In this document: positions 45,428 to 54,415 of the stretch, one piece after another
How the letters are laid out: each line of letters opens with the position of its first letter
How positions within the stretch are numbered: the first letter of the stretch is position 1
DNA from: a plasmid
Sequence record: NZ_KX443399.1
Length of the DNA stretch: 64,000 bases
Direction: 5' to 3' (one strand)
Notes under the pieces: model-generated
The model's database searches: none
Seen by the model: only the letters and a program-made list of their open reading frames with translations
What the model was told of the DNA's origin: nothing
Program-made: the position numbers and the translations under genes

Positions 45428-46222
45428 ATGGCGCTGCACCTGCCGAAGCCGCGGTCGAAGTCCGTCCCGCAGAAGGCTGTCGGTCTCGACGGCACGAAGG
45501 TCAAGATCGCCGCGGCGGCGGCCGCGGGTGTGGCCAAGTCTCAGGAGACCAGCAGCGGACTTGCGGGCCTGACCGCGAAGGTGCCGGTCAAGCAGATGCG
45601 CGCCGAGATCGGCAACGACGGTTTGCGACAGGCTGCGATCGACGCCGGCCGCAAGCCGCCGTCGGACCGCACGCTGCGTCGCTGGGCGCAGCAAGGCCGC
45701 ATCCCCAACGCCGAGATCGCCGAGCTGGCGCAGCGTCGCGCTGCGATCGAACGACTCGGCGGGGTGAAGGCAGTCGCGAAGAAGATCGGCCGCGATCCGT
45801 CGTCGGTGCGTAAGTACCTCTCCGGCAAGACCAACGAGCTGCGCAACGACGCGAAGTCGAAGCTGAAGGCCGCCAAGGCGAAGGACACCATGCAGAAGGC
45901 CGGCGTTTTGCGGCCGGACGGGACTCCGAAGGTCGCAACGATCCAGGTCACCGGCCGGGTCCACGTCCGCAACGGAGACGAAACGGGTTACGACTACCGC
46001 ACCCGCACACTCGACTTCGCGAACTCCGACACCCCGTTCAGTGCCGCCGAGTCGCAGGAGCTTGCAGCCGCCCTGGCCAACGACGACCAGGCCCGCGTCG
46101 TGGCGATCCTCGAACGCCACGCCACCATCGACTACCCCGAGAACAAGGGGTTCGACAACTACGGCGACCAGTTCGGCTTCCACTTCGACGCCATCGACAA
46201 GCTCGACGTCACCTGGCACTGA
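45428..46222 (+). CDS. hypothetical protein with HTH-like segments (264 aa)
   Basis: DRTLRRWAQQGRIP / RDPSSVRKYLSG. Confidence 0.65.
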   Translation: MALHLPKPRSKSVPQKAVGLDGTKVKIAAAAAAGVAKSQETSSGLAGLTAKVPVKQMRAEIGNDGLRQAAIDAGRKPPSDRTLRRWAQQGRIPNAEIAELAQRRAAIERLGGVKAVAKKIGRDPSSVRKYLSGKTNELRNDAKSKLKAAKAKDTMQKAGVLRPDGTPKVATIQVTGRVHVRNGDETGYDYRTRTLDFANSDTPFSAAESQELAAALANDDQARVVAILERHATIDYPENKGFDNYGDQFGFHFDAIDKLDVTWH

Positions 46223-46366
46223 GCCGCCTACCTCGGACCACCTGACCAGCCCCGCAAGGCACGGTCAGGTGGTCTGAGTCGTCTCGCACCGAAAAACCTG
46301 CGCGCAGATAGTTCTCGCTGTTCACGGCACCTCGAAGGCCCCTAATACCCCGGACACCCCGTTGAG

Positions 46367-46405
46367 GAAAATCGCCGAAATGGGTGAACGTAAGGACCTG
46401 TGTCC
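46367..46405 (+). promoter_or_regulatory. Second copy of CCCCGTTGAGGAAAA... upstream element
   Basis: see 23608-23645. Confidence 0.35.
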
Positions 46406-46426
46406 CAACCGGTAATCGAGGTGCCC

Positions 46427-48415
46427 ATGCCAGTCAGACGTCCGAGGACCCGCCGAGCCGTCGCGCTGATCGCCACTGCGACAGTGGCCGGCGGGTGTGT
46501 CGCGCTCACCGCCCCCGCGATCGCGGGCGCGGCACCGACCAGCTGCACGGCGACGTTCAACCTGTTCATCCCCGGCACTTGGGAGACCAGTGAGGACGCC
46601 GATCCCAGCCAGCCGGTGGGCATGCTCAAACCCATCGCGGACGCACTGAAGGCCGAGCATGGTCGCGCAGCGGAGGTCTACACGCTGCCGTACATGGCCC
46701 GGGCATTCGACAACGGACACACCTACGCCGACAGCAAGGCCGATGCCCTCGAGCGGGCCGAGCAGGTGCTGTCGAAGGTCGCGAACTCCTGCCCGAGTAC
46801 GAAGTTCACGATCAACGGCTACTCACAAGGCGCCGACGCCGCCGGGGACCTCGCCTCAGCGATCGGCAACGGCAAGGGACCCGTCGAAGCCAGCCGCGTG
46901 CTCGCGGTCGGTCTGCTGGCCGATCCGGGGGCCGGAACGAAGGGCGCAGCGACTGTCGGGCCGCGTACCTCGGGCACCGGTATCGCCGATCCGCGGCCGC
47001 AGGGCATGGGCAAACTGTCCGGTCGCGTCGCGTCGATCTGCGACCCAGGCGATCTGTACTGCTCGATCGAGAAGGGATCGAGCCCGCTGCTCGGCTCGCT
47101 CGGCTCGATCCTGAGCAAGAGCCCCAGCACGCTCACCTCAGGTGAAACCGCCGGTGGCAACAGCCAACTCGCCAGCGCCCTGACCTCCGACTTCACCGGC
47201 GCCGACCTGCCGGCCCTCGGGTCGAACGTGGCCACCCTCGGACAGCAGCTGTCCGCCCCGGACGTCGACATCAAGCAGGTCGCGACGACCGCGTCGTCGA
47301 TCGCGAAGACCCTCGCGCCGCTGACGGACCTGCTCGACTCCGGCGCCGCGAACCCCGCGGCGAACGGCCAGCTCGCCGCCGCACCGGCCGGCACCGCGGA
47401 GCGCAACGCCTCCGAAGTCCTCACCAAGGCGCAGGAATCCGACCTCACCAGCGCACTCGACACCGCGACCAGACTCGCCAACACCGCCAACAAGCTCTCC
47501 GGCGGTGACCCGCTGCGGCTGCCGTCGACATCGCCGGAGGTCCAGACCCTGGCGAACGCCGCGAACTCACTCGGCGGCCAGATCGCGCCCGTCGCATCAA
47601 CCCCCGCCGACGCGCTCACCTCGGCCACCAGCGTGCTCTCGGTACTCAAGCCGACCGTGGTGGTCAACCAGATCCTCAACGTCACCACCGGTGTGACCTC
47701 GCTCGATATGCCCGGCATCCTGAACAACCTGAACCAGTTGCCGCAGAGGATCGTCGCCGCCGACGCCCGCGGTGCGCACCAGATCGCAGGAGAACTGAAC
47801 AACCAGTTCTCGCCGCTGGTGAAGATGGCCGCCGCTGTCGACCTGAAGTGGGTCTCGCAGGTGCTCGCGATCATCCCGGACCCGTCCGGCGCCACCCAGA
47901 TCGCGGCGCTCGTCGCGTCGATCCTGGCCAACGTTGACATCATCCGTCTGGCCAACATCGTCGGCGAGATCCAGGAGATTGCTTGGGCCGCAATCGAGAA
48001 GCTGGTACCCCCTCCCGGCCAGCTGCCCGACCCGCTCGGTGCCGCAGGCGAAATGGGTCGGCTGATCCCGGTCGGCGCGGACCTCGCGTCCGTGGCGGTG
48101 AACATGCTCTCGGGCAAGGCCACCAAGACCTCTCCGGAACTGCTGGGCAAGCAAGCAAAGTCCGTCTCGACCAGCATCACCACCCAGGCAGAGAGCCTGG
48201 ACCTGCCCAAGCTGTCGAACTCGCTGACCACCCTGGCCAAGTCCCCGGGCGCCGAAGACCTCGCGTCGCTGGTCAACGAAGGACTCGGCGCCGCAAGTTT
48301 CTTCACCTCCGGCGCCCACACCAACTACAACGACCTCGTCGTCGACAACGCCGGCCGCAACGCCATCCAGTGGCTCTCGGACTGGCTCAACCTTCAGATC
48401 GGACGTGCCGCATGA
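46427..48415 (+). CDS. secreted cutinase-like serine esterase domain fused to long Ala/Leu/Ser-rich C-terminal region (~662 aa)
   Basis: signal peptide; TINGYSQGA nucleophile elbow (cutinase GYSQG); alt. GTG start at ~46400. Confidence 0.75.
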   Translation: MPVRRPRTRRAVALIATATVAGGCVALTAPAIAGAAPTSCTATFNLFIPGTWETSEDADPSQPVGMLKPIADALKAEHGRAAEVYTLPYMARAFDNGHTYADSKADALERAEQVLSKVANSCPSTKFTINGYSQGADAAGDLASAIGNGKGPVEASRVLAVGLLADPGAGTKGAATVGPRTSGTGIADPRPQGMGKLSGRVASICDPGDLYCSIEKGSSPLLGSLGSILSKSPSTLTSGETAGGNSQLASALTSDFTGADLPALGSNVATLGQQLSAPDVDIKQVATTASSIAKTLAPLTDLLDSGAANPAANGQLAAAPAGTAERNASEVLTKAQESDLTSALDTATRLANTANKLSGGDPLRLPSTSPEVQTLANAANSLGGQIAPVASTPADALTSATSVLSVLKPTVVVNQILNVTTGVTSLDMPGILNNLNQLPQRIVAADARGAHQIAGELNNQFSPLVKMAAAVDLKWVSQVLAIIPDPSGATQIAALVASILANVDIIRLANIVGEIQEIAWAAIEKLVPPPGQLPDPLGAAGEMGRLIPVGADLASVAVNMLSGKATKTSPELLGKQAKSVSTSITTQAESLDLPKLSNSLTTLAKSPGAEDLASLVNEGLGAASFFTSGAHTNYNDLVVDNAGRNAIQWLSDWLNLQIGRAA

Positions 48416-48669
48416 GCCCCCGCGCCCACAACCCCACCGCTCGCTGGACCTCGTGCGAGAAATGCGGGCACCGCGGCTATCACACCCGCGGTGACGCAAA
48501 AGCTGTCCGCAAGCGTCATCACGGAGAGAAAGGGATGTCCGTGTTCCCCTGTCCCCACACCGAGGGCCTGTTCCACGTCGGCCACCGCCCAGAAGCACTG
48601 ACCAGCGGCGAAATCGACCGACACCTGCTCCGCAACCAGGCCGTGCAGGCACTAGCAGGGGAGTGGTGA
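48412..48669 (+). CDS. small Cys/His zinc-finger-like protein (85 aa)
   Basis: CEKCGHRGYH...CPHTEGLFH; ATGA overlap. Confidence 0.5.
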   Translation: MSPRAHNPTARWTSCEKCGHRGYHTRGDAKAVRKRHHGEKGMSVFPCPHTEGLFHVGHRPEALTSGEIDRHLLRNQAVQALAGEW

Positions 48670-49415
48670 TGAGCGTCTTCAAGCGAGGAACCCTGATCGC
48701 CGCGGTCGCGGCCCTGGTCCCCCTCGGTGTCGTCGTGGCCAACGAGACCACCTCGAATGGCCCCTCGTCTGCGCCGGTTCCGGCCGCGTCGTCGGCGAGT
48801 CTCGGCGATCCCGCGACTGCCGCACCCGATGTCGAGGAGCTGATCGCGCAGCTGACCGTCGTCGACGAACTGCCCAAGGTGCCCGGCTACGAACGTGATT
48901 GCACCAAGGACAAAGCCTGCGTCTACGGGCCCGCCTGGACCGACAACTACGTCGGCCGCGACTCGAGGAACGGCTGTGACACGAGGAACGATGTCCTCGG
49001 CCAGCAGCTCGTGAACGTCACGTTCAAGCCCGGAACCCGCGACTGCAAGGTCACCGGCGGCCTGCTGCACGACCCGTACACCGGCAAGAACATCGACTTC
49101 GACCCGAAGAAGCCGTCCGCTATCCAGATCGACCACGTGTTCCCACTCGCCCGTAGCTGGCGTGCCGGGGCGGCGAACTGGAGCATCGAGCAGCGCACCG
49201 CCTTCGCCAACGACACCGAACGCAACCTGCTCGCAGTCGACGGCCCCGCAAACCAGGCCAAGTCCGACAAGGGCCTCGACACCTGGATGCCGACGAACAC
49301 CGACTACCACTGCGACTACGCCCGCACCTACCTCAACGTCGCCGCCACCTACCACCTCGCGGTCACCCGCGGCGACGTCGAATCCGCCCGCAGTGCTTGC
49401 GCACTGGGGCAGTGA
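48663..49415 (+). CDS. secreted HNH-type nuclease (DUF1524/GmrSD C-terminal-like)
   Basis: signal peptide; GCDTRNDVL...IDHVFPLARSW...N motifs. Confidence 0.7.
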   Translation: MVMSVFKRGTLIAAVAALVPLGVVVANETTSNGPSSAPVPAASSASLGDPATAAPDVEELIAQLTVVDELPKVPGYERDCTKDKACVYGPAWTDNYVGRDSRNGCDTRNDVLGQQLVNVTFKPGTRDCKVTGGLLHDPYTGKNIDFDPKKPSAIQIDHVFPLARSWRAGAANWSIEQRTAFANDTERNLLAVDGPANQAKSDKGLDTWMPTNTDYHCDYARTYLNVAATYHLAVTRGDVESARSACALGQ

Positions 49416-49425
49416 GGAGATCACC

Positions 49426-50016
49426 GTGACAATGACGTTGAGCCCCGAAACCCTGGATCTGATCAGCTCCGGTTCCAAGTTGACTCGAAGTCAACGACGG
49501 GAGAACGAGGGCGTGAGGAAGAACATCCGGCGGCGGACGCTCCTCCGCCGCTACAGAAAACTCGATGAGTTGGACGTCCCGACGCGTCGTCAGATCGTCG
49601 AACGCTACGACAGCGCGACAACCGACAGACTCGATCCCGCCCAGAAGGCCGAGCTTGCGCACCTGATCGGCCGGATTCGAGGAGAAGTCAACCGTGGAAG
49701 CCGTTGGGTGTCGGTCGCCGGCAACGTGCTCTATGGCTGGATCATGGCCGTGGCATACCCCATGCTCGCGTTGGCTTTCGCCATGATCATCGACGGAGTG
49801 GCCAGCAGCAACGACGGACCCGAGGGATACACGCCAACAGGCGTAGCGCTCTTCGGCGCCGTCGCTATTTGTGGTCTGGCGTTCGTGGTCAGCCACTCAT
49901 TTGGCCGCGTCTTGGACGCGCGAATCAGCATCGCGTTCCGCGCTCACGCTCAAGCCCTTCTGACGCTGTGCGAGGCGAGTCCCCGAGTCGAGGAGGCGCC
50001 GGGATGGCTTCGCTGA
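49426..50016 (+). CDS. membrane protein (196 aa)
   Basis: GAGGAGATCACC RBS before GTG; 3 hydrophobic helices. Confidence 0.65.
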   Translation: MTMTLSPETLDLISSGSKLTRSQRRENEGVRKNIRRRTLLRRYRKLDELDVPTRRQIVERYDSATTDRLDPAQKAELAHLIGRIRGEVNRGSRWVSVAGNVLYGWIMAVAYPMLALAFAMIIDGVASSNDGPEGYTPTGVALFGAVAICGLAFVVSHSFGRVLDARISIAFRAHAQALLTLCEASPRVEEAPGWLR

Positions 50017-50213
50017 GCACGACGGAGTCACTGAGCGGAAGCGAACCGGCGCACAACGTGCTTCAGCTCCCGCTACAGGTGGCACCCGCGCACCTGACCT
50101 GCGACTGCGGCAGCGCGTGGTGGGACACGAGCGTGTGCATCGAGGACGGCAAGGTCACCGGGTACAGCGTGCCCGTGCGCTGCACCAGCTGCGGCCGCCA
50201 AGCCTCGACCTGA
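50004..50213 (+). CDS. small Cys-rich protein (69 aa)
   Basis: CDCGSAWWDTSVC...CTSCG; overlaps upstream stop. Confidence 0.45.
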   Translation: MASLSTTESLSGSEPAHNVLQLPLQVAPAHLTCDCGSAWWDTSVCIEDGKVTGYSVPVRCTSCGRQAST

Positions 50214-50282
50214 CCGAGCTCCGACAGACGGCCGGCGAAGGGCCGACCACCCCACGGTGGTCGGCCCTTCTGCTGTCTCGGG

Positions 50283-50444
50283 CTACCCGCCGGGCCAGAG
50301 GCTGACGAGATCCTGCAACCAGCTCACCCACGGAAGATGATTCACCGCCACGTCGACGACGATCTCGCCGACGACGTCGCGCACCACTTCCTTCGCGATG
50401 GCGCCCGCCTTCTCGGTCCTGCTCATTCCATCGTGATCCCGCAT
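50283..50444 (-). CDS. small hypothetical protein (53 aa)
   Basis: internal ATG with GGAGAACGC RBS; upstream part of track ORF is junk. Confidence 0.4.
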   Translation of the reverse strand: MRDHDGMSRTEKAGAIAKEVVRDVVGEIVVDVAVNHLPWVSWLQDLVSLWPGG

Positions 50445-50706
50445 GATGCGTTCTCCTCTGTGAAGGGGATCGCGGACCGCCACGGATCGCGACAGTCCTT
50501 CCCCCTCTTCTGGCGTGGGAGGGGAAAAAGCCCAGTGCGCCCCCGAAAATGAGCCACCTCGACGATTGCGCCGCGCCACCACCCGGTTGTCACTTAGCAA
50601 GCACAGCTTGTAAGGTGGACCCATTGGAAGCGATCTGCCCCGCAGTCCGCGGGTGCCGGCAGCAGGCCAGATCAGAAATGGCCGCGAGAAACAGGGGGTG
50701 AACAGG

Positions 50707-52974
50707 ATGAACGACACGTCCCGCGACGCAATCGTCCTCGCGCTGCCTCTGCGTTGGCCCGCTGACCGCGATGCCTTGGCGCGCACCCACATCGGTGGAG
50801 GGGACGTGTCGTCTTCCCAGTACGATGCCCCTATGTGTCGCTCGAAAGCTCACGGAACTGGCCGCCGCTGCCCCGGTTGTGGCAGCTACGGGGCCGCCGC
50901 GAAGGCCAACGCGAACCGCCGGCTCGGTCGCGAGGCCCGGAAGAAGGTCGTCGACCACCTCAAGGAACAGGGGCTGGTCGAGTCCGCCGCCGCCATCCAG
51001 GCGGCGCCGCCGAGCGTGCTCCAGGAGTTCATGGAAGGACTCGGCATCGACCCCGAGATCCTCGGCAAGACCCCGATGCCGAGCACCCACGCGAACCCGC
51101 CCAGCGCGAAACTACTGATCGCGCAGGCGAAAGCGGAGCGCGAGAAGCTGGCCGGCCCGAAGATCACCCCGGCCCAGGCCGCTCTCGATGAGGCCGAAGC
51201 GAACGCCGTCAAGGCTGACGCCGAGGCGGAGGAGGCAACCAAGACCGCCAAGAGGCTCCGGGCGCGGGTCACCACAGCCAAGCGGAAACTCAAGGAGGGC
51301 ACAGGCACCGAAGAGACCGTCGCGGAGAAGCAGAAGGACTTCGACGAGGCCAAGGCCGCCGCGTTCGACGCGCAGCGCCGCCAGTCCGAGGCCCACGACG
51401 ACCTCGCGGCCGCGAAGTTCGGCATGCGAGAGGACATGGCTGACGAAGACCGTGACGCCTACTACGCCTCGCTGTCCGACGACGACGTCGCCGCGATCAG
51501 CCGGTCCCTGAACCGCAAGTACGCGGACGAAGCAACCGAGGCGCTGGCCGAGGGGCCAATCGTCTCGCCGGCCGGAATCGAGCGCGACACCAGCGTCTAC
51601 AAGTCGGGGAAGATCCCGATGGAAACAGGATCGGGTGTCGAGGAGGCCGAGGGCCGCTACCTCGACGGCGGTACCGCGATCGTGCGCCGGGGGTCCGGGG
51701 ATTTCGTTGTCCTCCAGCGCAAGGGCGACGCCTACCACCCGGTGGCTGTAGCGAACGGTAAGCATGACGCCCTCGCCAAGGCCAACCGCATCCCGATCCT
51801 GGTTGAGCCCGAACCGCTGCCGGCCAACGCCACTGAGATGCAGAAGCAGGCGCACTCGGTGAAGGGAGATGCGCTTCTCGCGGTCGCCAGCGAAGCGGCA
51901 GCCGGCAAGGCGTCCACCACAGCCGCGCAGCAGAAGGTCATCAACGACGAGCTGGCCGGCGCGCACGAGAAGATGACCGACTCGATCGGCGCCGGCCCGG
52001 TCCGCGCCGACATCTACGACGGCACCAAGCGTCACCAGAAGCGCATGCGCGAGCTGGCCGCTGTGCAGGCCGGCGAGAAGGCCCGCGCCGACGCACTCGC
52101 GGCCGGCAAGACGAAGGTGCAGGCCGATCAGGCGTACGAGAGGGCCCACCGCCGCGCACTCGGCACACCGACCCGCGGCGGCGGCGTGATCCCGCACTTC
52201 GAGCACAAGATCCCGCCGGAGAGCCTGGGTGCCGAAAAGCACGCGTCCCTGCACCGCAGCGGTATCCGCGCGTTCGGCAAGGAAACCGCCGACGACTACG
52301 CGGTGATCCATCAGCGGGCCGGCGACCTGAAAGCGTGGGGATTCTCGGTCAGCGGGCAGAAGGTGCACACCTCCGACCTGTCGAAGCTGACGGCGACGAA
52401 CTCGGCATTCGTGAAGAAGGTGCTCGACTCTTCCGAGCGCAGCGCGCTGACGACCTACACCGGCGGCAGCTACCACTCGATCAACGCAGCGATCACCGGG
52501 CGCGATCCGAACCCGGCCGCGTCGACCAAGTCAATCGTCAGTGGCATCGAGTCGGCGTTCGACAAGTTCAACGAGCACAACCCGAACAACGAGCCGATGA
52601 CCGTCATGCGCGGCACCCGGGTGCCCAGTGGCTGGAAGGGCACCGCGGCCGAGTACATCGACCAGGCGTTCACCGTCGGCTCGAAGGTGCAGATCGGCAA
52701 AGTCACCTCCACGACGACCCGCCAGGCCACCGCGCAGGGCTTCACCGGGCACCCGCCGTACATGATGGTCATCCGCACCCGCAATGGCCTTCCGGTGAAG
52801 TCGATCTCGATGTACAAGAGCGAAGACGAGGTCATCGTCCCCACCGGCACCGAGCTGCGCTGCGTCAAGGTCGACCACAAGGGCATCAACGGAGTCCCGA
52901 CCGTGTGGCTCGTCGCCGAAGACCTGGTCGCCGAGGCCGACGGGTCCCCGTCGCCACTGAAGTCCGTCGCATAG
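50707..52974 (+). CDS. R-S-E class ADP-ribosyltransferase (C3/VIP2/SpvB-like ART domain) at C-terminus of large protein with N-terminal zinc-ribbon and long Ala/Glu/Lys-rich helical region; alt. start ~50833
   Basis: YTGGSYHSINAAITG (Y-x-x-x-x-Y-x-x-IN), MRGTRV (Arg), TSTTT (STS), SEDEVIVPTGTEL (E-x-E) in canonical order; CPGCGSYG near N-terminus. Confidence 0.8.
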   Translation: MNDTSRDAIVLALPLRWPADRDALARTHIGGGDVSSSQYDAPMCRSKAHGTGRRCPGCGSYGAAAKANANRRLGREARKKVVDHLKEQGLVESAAAIQAAPPSVLQEFMEGLGIDPEILGKTPMPSTHANPPSAKLLIAQAKAEREKLAGPKITPAQAALDEAEANAVKADAEAEEATKTAKRLRARVTTAKRKLKEGTGTEETVAEKQKDFDEAKAAAFDAQRRQSEAHDDLAAAKFGMREDMADEDRDAYYASLSDDDVAAISRSLNRKYADEATEALAEGPIVSPAGIERDTSVYKSGKIPMETGSGVEEAEGRYLDGGTAIVRRGSGDFVVLQRKGDAYHPVAVANGKHDALAKANRIPILVEPEPLPANATEMQKQAHSVKGDALLAVASEAAAGKASTTAAQQKVINDELAGAHEKMTDSIGAGPVRADIYDGTKRHQKRMRELAAVQAGEKARADALAAGKTKVQADQAYERAHRRALGTPTRGGGVIPHFEHKIPPESLGAEKHASLHRSGIRAFGKETADDYAVIHQRAGDLKAWGFSVSGQKVHTSDLSKLTATNSAFVKKVLDSSERSALTTYTGGSYHSINAAITGRDPNPAASTKSIVSGIESAFDKFNEHNPNNEPMTVMRGTRVPSGWKGTAAEYIDQAFTVGSKVQIGKVTSTTTRQATAQGFTGHPPYMMVIRTRNGLPVKSISMYKSEDEVIVPTGTELRCVKVDHKGINGVPTVWLVAEDLVAEADGSPSPLKSVA

Positions 52975-53034
52975 CCTGAAAAATGTACATCTAGCTGGGG
53001 ATACGACACGTCCCCTTATCGAGAGAAGGCCACC

Positions 53035-53208
53035 ATGAGCGGCAAACTGAGCCAGGACCAACTCGACGACATCCGTGCCCATCTCAAGCAGGGAATGTCG
53101 CCCAGGGAAGTCGCGGACTACTACGGCCGCGTCGCAGACCTCGACCTCATCGAGATCGCACGTATCCGCACTGCCGCATACGAAATCGAGCAAGAGGAGC
53201 AAGCGTGA
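53035..53208 (+). CDS. small Hin/resolvase-like HTH protein (57 aa)
   Basis: AGAAGG RBS; LSQDQLDDIRAHLKQGMSPREVADYYG; below track cutoff; 4-bp overlap with ARH gene. Confidence 0.5.
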   Translation: MSGKLSQDQLDDIRAHLKQGMSPREVADYYGRVADLDLIEIARIRTAAYEIEQEEQA

Positions 53209-54287
53209 CAGCACCGGCAACCAACGACGCCGCCCAGCGCGCCCGCTACGGCAACGCCCTGAGCGGTCTCGCGGCCGGTGACGCCTGGGGCTACCAAGTC
53301 GAGTTCACCTCGTACGCATCCATGCCGGCCTACCCCGTGGCCGCGCCGGCAGGGGAGTGGATCGTCAGCGACGACACCCAGATGACCCTCGCGCTGCACG
53401 ACGCGCTCGCCGAGGTCACCGACTTCGACGACATCCCCGCGGTCACCGACGCGATCGTCCGCCACTTCGTCCTATGGCAGGTCGACCCCGACAACAACCG
53501 GGCACCGGGTCGCGCGTGCATGGGCTCGCTGCACCGGCTGCGTGCCGGCGCCCGCTGGTACGACAAAGACGGCGCGCGTGAATCCGCCGGCTGCGGCGCC
53601 GTGATGCGTCTGGCACCAGCTGCTTTCGCGCCGGAACCGTACTGGCCCGGGCTGACCGCGCTCCAGGCCGTCATCACCCACAAGCACCCGCGCGCCATCG
53701 TGCCCGCGCTGCTGCTAGCCGACGCGATCCGGCACGCCCCCGACCGCGGCGGCCTGCTCCTCGAGCACGCCCTCGCCGAGGCCGACCGGATCTACGCAGG
53801 CACCAGCGACTGGCTGACCGATCCGTACCTCGCTGACGTCCTCGCCCCCTACCGAGGGGACGTGTCATCTGTACTGGTAGACGGCCTGAATGATGATGTC
53901 GTGGACCTACTGAACGTGGCCGCTGAGGCCCGGGACCGGCTCGACCAGCTTGACCCCGCCGACTTCGGTGACCCGTGTGCCGGCATCGGTCAGGGCTGGG
54001 AGTCCGCCAGCGCGATCGCTCTCGGCCTGCTGGCCGCGGACCTCGCGACGTCCCAGGGTGGAACAGACACAGCACCTTTGACCGGGCCCGAAGCGCTGGC
54101 GTGGGCGGCCACCAGCAACGGCGACTCCGATTCCATCGCGTGCATCGCCGGAGCGGTCATCGGCGCCGCGTACCCAGCGCCGGACTACTGGAGCCTGTCG
54201 GGCCTGACGCCTCGGTTCGAACCCCGCTACGCCACCGAGATCGCCGCGGCCGCCGGTCAACTGCCCGGGGCGTCGTCGGCAGAGTGA
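53205..54287 (+). CDS. ADP-ribosylglycohydrolase (ARH/DraG family)
   Basis: LAAGDAWGYQVEF... signature N-terminus, Asp-rich metal-site segments; contains an in-frame 25-bp motif copy (GDVSSVL). Confidence 0.85.
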   Translation: MTAPATNDAAQRARYGNALSGLAAGDAWGYQVEFTSYASMPAYPVAAPAGEWIVSDDTQMTLALHDALAEVTDFDDIPAVTDAIVRHFVLWQVDPDNNRAPGRACMGSLHRLRAGARWYDKDGARESAGCGAVMRLAPAAFAPEPYWPGLTALQAVITHKHPRAIVPALLLADAIRHAPDRGGLLLEHALAEADRIYAGTSDWLTDPYLADVLAPYRGDVSSVLVDGLNDDVVDLLNVAAEARDRLDQLDPADFGDPCAGIGQGWESASAIALGLLAADLATSQGGTDTAPLTGPEALAWAATSNGDSDSIACIAGAVIGAAYPAPDYWSLSGLTPRFEPRYATEIAAAAGQLPGASSAE

Positions 54288-54415
54288 TCGCAGGGGCACA
54301 CCCCGTAGGTGAAATGGGGCGTGAACTGCGACGATGACACGTCCCCCTTTCCTGAGATGGATAGGGAGGCGGCGAGATTCGTCGCAGGAGAACCACCCAC
54401 AGCAAGGGGGAGAAG

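Noticed and set aside
43472-46219. 915-aa minus ORF
   Set aside because: Antisense to three coupled + genes; low-complexity Arg/Gly/Leu product.
639-54347. 25-bp motif considered as a sigma-A or ECF-sigma promoter
   Set aside because: No TANNNT -10 or GGAAC/GTT-type element at fixed spacing in either orientation. Some copies are <10 nt from an RBS or inside ORFs, so a direct promoter role is unlikely.
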